A DNA stretch of 63,043 nucleotides, the filler included, from Hyphochytrium catenoides (Eukaryota > Protista > Hyphochytriomycota): assembly GCA_900088475.1 (NCBI GenBank). It is 17 parts of 17 records of this genome, joined end to end, with 100 filler letters (N's around TTAATTAATTAA, not from the genome) between each part and the next. Parts side by side here need not be neighbours in the genome. Positions count along the whole stretch, not along the records: positions 47,654 to 50,654 come from FLMG01003103.1; positions 50,755 to 53,030 come from FLMG01001974.1; positions 53,131 to 54,559 come from FLMG01004231.1; positions 54,660 to 59,072 come from FLMG01002901.1; positions 59,173 to 63,043 come from FLMG01002547.1; 12 more parts are not named here. One strand, 5' to 3'. Positions 49,846 through 59,468 of the stretch are shown one piece after another. The position numbers were made by a program, and so were the translations under genes. Below the pieces are notes generated by a model that was not told the origin of the DNA, made no database searches, and saw only the letters and a program-made list of their open reading frames with translations. How positions within the stretch are numbered: the stretch's first letter is position 1; the number at the start of each line of letters is the position of its first letter.

Positions 49846-50606
49846 ATGTTGTCCTCTGTATATGTCTTACGGGCTGGCGCCGTCCTGGTGGCGGTCATCG
49901 CTATCTTGGGTTCAGTTTTTCGAGCTCCGCTAGAACACTTGCTGTTCCATGAGCCTTTCTCAGAAGAGGAGCTGCGTGAGATGTTAGCAGTGATGGTGAA
50001 CATCACGCGGCCTGATGATGTCGGCATGGGACAACCGGAAGGGATGAGAAAGAATGGCATCGCGGTCTGCTGCAGTGTAGATCTGGATGTATCTGTGCGA
50101 GCCGTCGACCTACTCCGGGCAATGAAGGTTAAGATTCGATCCGCCCGGCACCATGAACGAGTTCATACGCTTACAGAGCTTGGAGAGAGCTTCGGCTTCT
50201 ATTTCAAGCAGGGAGCTGCGGCTGAGCAGAGCATGGTCCGCTTCGTTTGCATTTATCCCTCCTTCGGAGTCACATCAAGCTCACATGCTTTTATCTCCCT
50301 CGCAGACTGACCTGGAGCTATTCCGAAGAGTCATCGCGCACGCTGACGCCATCCCTTCAGTTCAGCACACTCTGGGAGGCAATGCCGCCACCATCGCCCA
50401 GAGAGCAGCCGTGGAGGGCCATCGAGTGCTTCTTGGTGCCGCCATCGGAAAGAAGCTGCAGAAGTTCCTTCATAGCAACGTCCAGGTGAAGTCCTTGTAG
50501 GTGGTCCGCATCCTTGCTGGCGAAAAATCTTATCTGTGGGTCGCTGGTGCAGGTGTCCGGAGGGCTGGATGATGAGAAGCATGAAGATGTACATCTAGTG
50601 ATGGAG
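49846..50606 (+). CDS. ADPGK: ADP-dependent glucokinase, 5' part with N-terminal signal/anchor; introns ~50236-50305 and ~50486-50551
   Basis: IAVCCSVDLDV, HHERVHTLTELGESFGFYFKQGAAAEQ, LGGNAATIAQR, VLLG, DVHLVME. Confidence 0.85.
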
Positions 50607-51110
50607 GTATCTTTCTCTAGACGGTGGCCTGTCTCGCTTCTGTCTCTTACTCTANNNNNNNNNNNNNNNNNNNNNNNNNNNNNNNNNNNNNNNNNNNNTT
50701 AATTAATTAANNNNNNNNNNNNNNNNNNNNNNNNNNNNNNNNNNNNNNNNNNNNTTGTATTTGTGTACACAAATACAAATAAAACTTGTCCAACCTGTGG
50801 ACATTTTACATCATAACCCTTGATTGATGGGGGCTTATTACCGTCATAGATATAACCCTTGCCAGGTTTGCCCATACATTAAGTTGGCGATGCTGCTCGG
50901 CGGCCAGATGTGTCAATGAATCTATGGCTAAAAAGTCTGACAGGTGCACTGAGTGGTCGTCCACCTTAAGCCAGTCTTTTGTATAGGGATAGTGTCCCAG
51001 GTCAATTGACTGGACTAACGCTTAAACCCTGTAACCCCACCCAAATTTCGGCGACCACATTTTTGGGAGGGTAGTGTAGCCCTTAATACAGTATAAGCCT
51101 AACATCGGTC

Positions 51111-51222
51111 GATTGGAAAAGCGGCCACTACTGTTATGCGGACGGCCTCCTACAGTAGGTCTGATTGGGAAAACATGATCAGAAGTCCATCGCCCCGCCC
51201 CGCCGACCTCATGAAACTATAA
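51111..51222 (+). promoter_or_regulatory. Putative Pol II promoter: two ATTGG (CCAAT) boxes, GC box CCCCGCCCCGCC, TATAAT
   Basis: GATTGG at ~51111 and ~51163, GC box 51193-51204, TATAA 51218-51222, ordered just upstream of the long inverted repeat. Confidence 0.35.
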
Positions 51223-51282
51223 TCGCCCAGTGTTAGCAGCGCTCCATGTTATGGGTTAGCTTTGCGAGATGCAGCTCTCAGA

Positions 51283-51925
51283 TGTTGAAATCTGAGGGCT
51301 CAGCTATGTGGACTACAAGCTGGCTTAACTACTCAAATCCCAGCTCCAAAAAACTTTCAATAGAAGCCGAGATATTAAGCAATCGAGATGTCCCTGCTTA
51401 TATCTATGGCTTATGGTCAGTATCCGCGAATACCTTCAAGACTGACTGTTCTGGACAAGAATACCTCTATGACTGGATATCTTAGGGTTTAGTAGGAATA
51501 GTTGGCATAGTCAGAATAGCTCTAGATTGTGGGATCCCAATTGGGCTTACAAGTAGAGCACTCTCGACTAAGGACATTGTTCATGTTGGATTTGTATGGG
51601 TTGTTGGATTTGTATGGGTTGATTGGACAATGTCACTAGATGAGAGTGCTCTACTTATAAGCCCAACTGGGGTCCCATAATCTAGAGCTATTCTGACTAT
51701 GCCAACTATTCCTAATAAACCCGAAGATATTCAGTCATAGAGAAATCCCTGTCTAGAACAGTCAGTCCTGAAGGTATTCCGGGGTACTGACCATAAGCCA
51801 TAGATATAAACAGGGGCATTTCGTTTGCTTCATATCTCGGCTTCTACTGGGAGTTTAGAGCTGAAACTTTGGTAGTTAAGCTTGCCAGCTTGTAGTCCAC
51901 ATAGCTGTGCCCTCAGACTCCAACA
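51283..51925. repeat. Long imperfect inverted repeat: arms 51283-51583 and 51624-51925, 40-nt loop containing an 18-nt tandem duplication
   Basis: Arms align as reverse complements over ~300 nt (roughly 85% identity by eye) with perfect blocks of 24, 25 and 36 nt. Confidence 0.97.
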
Positions 51926-52423
51926 GTTCAATCATCTCATACAAATCCAACATCACAAAGGCAGGGCTGCTGAGAAGCTTTACCAAGTGCCATACCGGAA
52001 GCTCTAGATTCATATGGAACTGTGACGGTCGTCTGTGAAAACACAACCGAGTGGCTCATTATTGTCTGACATGTTTGGTCGCAACGTACACCATGTTACT
52101 CTAAAAGAGTTGGTGATGAGTACTTTACAGTGGAAGGTATTAAGGGCGAAGGGCTAAAATTCATTTCTAGGGAAAAGTCTCGAAAATGCAGTGATCTCAC
52201 TCATCCTCCAGAAGTGAAAAAGCTAGGCGCTTGCGGCTATATGAGCGTGTCTCAGCCCACCTCCTGGACCAGAACACCTCAAAAAACGCGGGAAAAAGTC
52301 ATGGAAATGAGTAGAGAGGAAAAAAAGTCGTGCCGGCTGTCAGAGCTCGACTCAAAGATACTGCTTGCAAGCTATCTGTCATTCTCCAGAAGCAGTAGGG
52401 TCTTATTTGTCTACTCTTATCAG

Positions 52424-53030
52424 GGGAAAGAAGAGAAGAGAACGACAAAGCTGGTAAAGAAGAAGAAGACTGCCCCTACTAAACCGATTCGGCCAGCAGT
52501 CTTGGCGAAGCAGAAGGCCAACTTGGATCACATGATTGCAAAGACGAAGGAGTGCTTTAGCGCAGTTGAGGCGAGGCCGCATTGGCTAAAAGAGCCTATT
52601 GTTGACTTCCTATCAGCTTTTCTACTGCGGAGTGAACTATCAACTGAAGCCCAGATAGCACACTTTAAATCACGAACTGATGTTCTTCTGCAGCAGCAAG
52701 GTCTCCCCACCTTCCAGAAGAAGGACAAGGACAGAGTAAAGCAACCATCCTCCCTGACACCCGCTGGTAGTCATAGCGCATCGGCCTGCCTGGGTACTAT
52801 GAGGGAGGCTCCTTTGCCCGCAGCAACAGACGTCATGACACCCAAAGGGAAAGAAAACAGTTCAATGTTGCACCATAAGACACCGCCATTGACCAAGAAA
52901 AAGGCAACCGTTAAGGCAAAGAGACCAGCCGTTCTAAAGAGAGAAGTCGCCTTGCTGACGCCAGTCTCGCAGTGCGATGAGAAGGGATTAGCCAGTGAAT
53001 CGAAGCGCACAACAGAATGCAAAGAAAAGA
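52424..53030 (+). CDS. Hypothetical Lys-rich protein exon, 3'-truncated
   Basis: Part of a >300-codon open frame; plausible acceptor (pyrimidine tract + CAG) at ~52423. Confidence 0.4.
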
Positions 53031-53140
53031 NNNNNNNNNNNNNNNNNNNNNNNNNNNNNNNNNNNNNNNNNNNNTTAATTAATTAANNNNNNNNNNNNNN
53101 NNNNNNNNNNNNNNNNNNNNNNNNNNNNNNCCGCATCTCA

Positions 53141-54559
53141 ATGGCCAAACAAACAAATAATACGCGTATCAATAATAAAAAGTCGCTATCGAAGACATCA
53201 GAGCGTAACGCGGGACGCCGTGCTGATCGCGATGATGGCAACGATACCACACCACCATCACACTTTGATAATGTGCAACAACAGCAACAAAGACAAAATA
53301 CCTGTCCGAAGTGCAACAGCTACTTTGCGACACATACACCAACAAACTCTGGCCTCATCAATGGGAAGCTCCCAGTAACAGTTCACGTTGATATCGGAGC
53401 CCGACTATCTTCAGTGTCTTTCGAATTTCTAAAAAGTCATCCCCGACTATATAAACGAATCCATCACCGCGCGAAATACTCCGCTAACGTGACAGGAGAC
53501 ACAAACATACCTTCGTTGGGAACAATAAAGCTCTCAGTGTCTCTCGGAGGGATAACCTTCCAAGGGAAATTCGAAGTAATGACAATGCCTTACTGGCAAG
53601 TCAACCTGGGGACTGATAAATACGAATTTGAGCTCGCACTGTTCGAGAAAGGGTGTGAGAGGGGCAACATAACTCGCTACTGGGCATGCGATAACTGTGA
53701 CCGAAGTCAGAGCACCCACCAAACAATAGAGACACCACCACCAAAGGCAAAATTCCTCATGCCAACAGCTGACCAGCTGCCAAAATGTCTCACGGTGAAT
53801 GATTATAAAAAGCTAACGAGCGAGCCACTCGTTCCTATCAATCATTACAAAAATAATTCACCGACAATTATATGCACAGTTGTCGATAATCATCAACAAC
53901 AAGATCAAAGCACAACAAATAATAACGATGAAGACGGACATCAACAACAAATATCAAATGAGGAACAAAGAAATACATTATTAAATTCATTTCTTCATGA
54001 TGAATTTAACGACAAACAATACATTACTCAGCCATACACCGAAGAACAAAAGGCTGCAATGACCGAATTAATGCACTCCCTAAAGGACTGCTTTATCATC
54101 AACAAAAGTGACAAACCAGGTCGCTATGTAGGAGGGCCACCAATTAATTATCAGCCACAAAGACCCCTACCTGAAACAAATCATTACTCCCGCATGTCCC
54201 CTGGAATGCGGAAGATAACCATAGAATGCCTCAAACAGCTCACCCAGCTAGGCCATGTCAGACCATCAAAAGAAGGAAAGAACTTCCACCGCTTTATGGT
54301 CAAACCAAAGCCACACCGGAATCCACCGGAAGGCCGACCACTAAATGATTTATCATTAAAGAATAAGTCATGGGATCCATACAACTATCACTACCAAGGA
54401 TAGATGAAGAACTTGACAAACCTCACGGCTCCCAATGGTTCACAAAGCTTGACATGACCCATGGTTATGCACAACTACCGCTCGCAGAAGCTATGCAACC
54501 ACACTTCAATCTCTCAATAACAGGAGTTGGAGTATATACATACACGGTCATTCCACAAG
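53141..54559 (+). mobile_element. Ty3/Gypsy LTR retrotransposon pol fragment: aspartic protease and start of RT; 1-bp deletion near 54389
   Basis: VHVDIGA...NLGTD protease motifs; GHVRPS, Y(P)LPRIDE after frame repair, WFTKLDMTHGYAQL, GVYTYTVIPQ. Confidence 0.85.
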
Positions 54560-54659
54560 NNNNNNNNNNNNNNNNNNNNNNNNNNNNNNNNNNNNNNNNN
54601 NNNTTAATTAATTAANNNNNNNNNNNNNNNNNNNNNNNNNNNNNNNNNNNNNNNNNNNN

Positions 54660-55037
54660 ACCTCCCCACTCCTCTGCGATGATCATTCCCAAGAACTTCT
54701 TCTCGCGGATGAAGTCCCAAACCTGAGGAGGAAGGTCCTGGTCCTTGTTGATCTTATAGTCGTCCAACATTGCGCAGAGCTCCTCCACCTCCTTCTCCAT
54801 AAAAGCCTTCTCTGTAGGCGTCAGGTCGACGCTGTACTTGGAGAGATACGAGAGGGAAGGCGTGCCATTAAAAATCTCTTTGTCAAAGCCGATGGTGCCT
54901 GCATTAAGCGCTGCAGCCTCAGTCTCAGAGATCTTTGGCACGACCTTCTTAGCCAGATCATAAGCGGGACGGACGTAGCCGCGTCGGCTGGCTGCCCTGG
55001 CGCCTTGGGAGAGCACTCTGCTGCTGTTTGCGAGCAT
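54660..55037 (-). CDS. FadE-type acyl-CoA dehydrogenase with mitochondrial-type presequence, 5' part
   Basis: Arg/Ser/Ala-rich leader, then PKISETEAAALNAGTIGFDKEIFNGTP, LTPTEKAF..VEELC, DLPPQVWDFI..FLGMII..WGG. Confidence 0.85.
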
Positions 55038-55169
55038 TGTTCCTCTTCTTCCCTGTTAACTGAGCAGATAGATAGGTGGGAAAGAGGCAGATCAGCAGCA
55101 CGTGGACGGAAGTGCTGGGCTGGTGGAAGGAAAAATGAAAGTGATGAAGAGTGAAGAGTGTCTTACAAT

Positions 55170-55540
55170 GGAGAGAGAGGAAAGAGAGAGAGAGCGGAGA
55201 GAGAGAGAGCAAAGAGAGAGAGAGAGGAAAGAGAGAGAGAGGAAAGAGAGAGAGAGGAAGAGAGAGAGTTGCACCAGAGACGGAAAGCGGGAAATAGGAA
55301 AGACGTCAGCCTCTGCTTTCCTGAGAGGCCTCGTGCTACGGGTGATGGGAGGAGAGATATCCTGGTGCGCCCATCACAATGAGACGAGGGAAGTAGAGGA
55401 CGAGGGATACACAAGGAAGGAAGTCGAGCAAGAGACAGACAGAGAGAGAGAGAGATTCAAGAAAAGAGGAAGAGAGAGAGAGGGAAAGAGAAAAAGAAAG
55501 AGAGAGAGAGAGAATTAGAGAGAGAGAGGAAGAGAAAGAA

Positions 55541-55586
<46 letters not shown>
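55170..55586 (+). repeat. (GA)n microsatellite-rich tract (similar tracts at ~24030-24373, 29750-29850, 32650-32740, 33138-33169, 45061-45122 and in most channel introns)
   Basis: Directly visible dinucleotide repeats. Confidence 0.95.
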
Positions 55587-55587
<1 letters not shown>

Positions 55588-58500
55588 AAGAGGAAGGACA
55601 TGACGCAGTTGGGATCGGTAACTCCCATAGATTTGCCCTCAATAAAATAGAACTCCCACTTTTCCCAGTTCTATTTTTAGGTACATTTCTCTGTATAAAT
55701 CTATAGGATCAGAAGCCGAGGCTGCGGTCCTTCTGATTATTAGGAGACAGAAACAACCACACACACCTGTACTTTGTGTGTGGTGAAGTTATCGGTGAAT
55801 CAATCAATAAAGTATTATTTCATTTTCTTTCAGTACTTTGTCTATCCAGTGAAAGGTTCAGGAAATAAACGTTGAAGCTTTAAATGGCTATGGAATAATG
55901 TATCATAAAAATGCAGCTCGCACTTTATTTAGCACAATCCTTCCGTGCGCCTTCTCGAAGTTCAAAAGTCCCAAGTCTCGAAGCCAGGATAGGTCTTGGT
56001 TGACGTGGAGCGAGTCTGACGTGACTTCACCATGTCTGCGGAATATCTTTGAGTGGAAAGCTCTTAAATAAGTAAACAATTGATTGTCAAAGCGGCAAAT
56101 GTGAGGATGGTGATGGGTGAAGAGGTTGAGAGGGCGGTGGGTTGTTGGATGACGAGCAGGAGCACGAATGGAGGAGGGAAAAAAACTCACAAAGGAAAGA
56201 GCTATTTCATTGGATGATGGTGTCTGTTACATGGTCCTTTTATTAGTTTATGTCCAAGCTATGTAGCTTTTATGAGAAATAGAAAGGAATACCTGAACAA
56301 TGGATACCTATAATTAATACTAGGAGTGTGGGGATAGGCTTTTTTTGCCATAAGATCTTTATAAAACTTTGATCTTACCCAATATCTTACCCAATTAGAT
56401 TCTAAACACCTTCTGTTGTCGTAATTATTAGGTTGAGCTATGTATAACAAAGCTTGATAACAAAGAGATTATCTCTAACTATCCTAGTAGGCTTTATAGC
56501 TTAGCTGAAGCGCTATCATAATCCTAAGGTTGTCGCAGCTACCCAACATGTGAGTGATTGATGGCTCAAAGTTCAACAAACGGACCATCCGTATCTTCTT
56601 TTCCTATCCTACAGCAACAGCCAAAGGTGTGCACTTTACCTTGCTGTGCTTCTTGCTGCCTGTTTTTGTCCCAAGAGCCATCAGCATCATCATCGGTTCT
56701 TGAAGATAGAGACCAACAAGCGAAGCAACAGGTCTTTCTTTATGAATGTTGCTTTGTTAGCGATGACGATCACCATGAGAAGAAAGAGGCAAGCCCGCCG
56801 ATGATGATGTTGAATTGCGAACAATGAGTCAGAAGGCCTCCTCCCTCCTCCTCCTTGTTGACTGCTGCTTCCAGTTTCTTTTTTGTTGGCTTCATCTTGG
56901 AGGAGGAGTTGGCGTGAATGATGGTCGGTCAGCAGATTGGTGAGGAAGAATGAAGAGAGAGGAACTCCAGAAGATGTAGCATCATCCTCTTCTCTAGAGT
57001 TCCTTATAATAACTTGAAAAACTTGTTTAAATGTGTCGTCGTACTCCACGCTTCACTTATTAGTAGCGTCGACGTCTGACAGAGAAGAAAACCAGTATCG
57101 TTGTTGAGACATAATCATCCATGTACTAACAATCGCAAGTGGTGCTAGCTCTTCAAATACTTTATTACTGCTTTCCTACCACGCCCATTCTGTTTTTGCA
57201 TGTAGTAGGCTTTTCTTCAACAAGAAAGATTCTACTACGGCTTGTAAGAAGTACATACGACGGCGCTTCTTTTCTTATTATACAGAAGTAGTAGGAAAAG
57301 GATTGTTGTCTCGGTGTCGAAGTAGTGGTAGTAACCTCTAGATAGAGCTCGAGCAGCCGCTAGTCCCATGGAAATGTGTTTTGTGGACATCATGATCAGA
57401 CTAAGTCGTGCAACCTAGAGTGCCATGATAGGGAGGAGACATATCCATCTGGCCGGTGATGATGACGGTGATGGAGGAGATTAGCAACAGCATTCCTCCT
57501 CCATTCGATTCGCGAGACACGAGACGGCAGAACCACCATCTGTCCTATCACAGTACTGCTGAGGGGCAGCGCCTAAGAATGACGAGCTTCTCAAGAAGGG
57601 CCACTTAGGAATGCCGGTGGGATTGCGGGCGGAATACTTCTCTTGTTGCTAAATGCCTTCTTATGGAGGAAGGCAGAAAAAGGTCGCTCTTGTTACAATT
57701 CAAGGAGCTTTCACAGCTACTAGTCTGCCCTCCTGAATTGATAGGGGACAGGGGCATGATGTAGCACCAACGCAGTCACAGTTCCTGGTTGGGCAAATAA
57801 TCAGCAGGATATGCTGTTCGCGATAATAATAGAGCTATCTGCTGCCTCGGCACTTCAGTTATTGGCTATGGCTTTTAGCAGAGGCTGACTTCTTCTCCCC
57901 GGCCCTTTTGATTATTATGGTTGGTTCATAGGAAACGAACCTACAAGGGAGAGATTTCCGAGAACCATGCAAGACATACAAGACAAATGCCTAGACTCAT
58001 TGAGCATATTTTCAAATATGTGGGAGGAGAACAACTGTTCTAGGAGATTCATGGAACAACAACCTCGTCCTGACAAACCTGCCCTTGACGGCTGACGAGC
58101 CCGTCGTGCTATTCTGTTATTAATTATTAGAAATGAACTACTAGTAGCTACTCTCGGAAGAAGATGAGGAAGAAGACGAGACAAGAGCTAGTAGAAGAGC
58201 TGCCATTCATTATATCAGGAGAGGAAGGATCATCAGTTCTTACAGAGTGTAATAATAGGAAAATATAGATTGACAATCATCCTTATTGGCCCCAACAAAT
58301 GAGATCCTTCTCTTCGCTAGTAGGATTATATTAAGTGCACATTGCTCATGAGGTCTATTCATCTCTAGCTAATAGTTGCCCGCACTAAAGAATGATGCAC
58401 TCTTTTTATAAACAGCTTAGTATTTTATAGATAAGAGCATCATGCAGCTGATGACGAGATCTGAGGCCAGTGACGAGTGACGAGAAGAGGACTCCAGACT

Positions 58501-59172
58501 TGTACCTCCAACCTCGTAGCAGTAGAAGAGCTGTCAAGCTTTGTGCTGATGAGGGATACTTCCTGCTGCTTGCCTGTCCAGGTCATCTCGGCCACCAAGG
58601 TGATGATGATAGGACGAAAGGAAAGGATGAAGCACCACACACCATCAAAGCGAAGACAGTTCCAATCCTTCCGTCCCAACACAGGTCCAAAAGATACCTC
58701 AAACCTCCTGTCAAAAATGCCAGTTACTTTACACAAAATTCTGACAAGAATAATTGGTAGCTGCGCTATGCGGTTAAGACCTTCCACAACAGGTCTAATA
58801 ATATCTACTTATAATTGTCAAGATAGATGATATTGACACCAAGCGTTCTATGCGTTTAATTGACGTTTCGATTAACACATCACTGGCATGCGATCCTTCA
58901 AATTTTGTGTTAGAGCTGTGGGTGAGGAGGACAGGGCATTTAATGCTAGCCTTCCAAACCCACTGTCCTCTTTCTGGTTCTGGGTTCTGGGATGAGGGTT
59001 CTTTTCTCCGTCTCTTGAAGAGAAGAGGTGAGGCGTTACGTGAGCTCCCAAGATGTTGTCCGTCTCTCAACTNNNNNNNNNNNNNNNNNNNNNNNNNNNN
59101 NNNNNNNNNNNNNNNNTTAATTAATTAANNNNNNNNNNNNNNNNNNNNNNNNNNNNNNNNNNNNNNNNNNNN

Positions 59173-59468
59173 CTGGACATCGGCTCACTTGTAACGCTAG
59201 CCATGCCACTTGTACTGCTTGTCTGAGAGGCCTCGACATCACTATCAAGGCTTGTTCTGGCGTTAACCATAGCGTCCCCCATGTCCAACGAGTCAAAAGA
59301 CAGGTCCGTCATGATAAGGGTAGAGATGAAGATTATCAACTCAGTAAGAGCCCAGAGGATGCGGAAGAGAATCCATCTTTTCCTGATGGACGACACGATC
59401 GTCCGCACAGGCGTCACTCGCTGCTCTCCGTTGTGTTCCGTTTTATGCTTGACGAACCTCGATTTCAT
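59173..59468 (-). CDS. Hypothetical protein N-terminus with one TM segment, truncated by contig end
   Basis: ATG-initiated frame with KRWILFRILWALTELIIFISTLIM running off the contig. Confidence 0.4.

Noticed and set aside
50755-50778. Perfect 24-bp palindrome TTGTATTTGTGT-ACACAAATACAA
   Set aside because: Lies exactly at a contig edge with identical arms; cannot be told apart from an assembly or amplification artefact
54370-54403. Programmed frameshift in the Gypsy pol
   Set aside because: Falls inside RT with no slippery site; adding one C restores YPLPRID, so it is a simple deletion
56600-59072. Coding-like but stop-riddled region, possibly an old transposon
   Set aside because: No motif I can assign to a family
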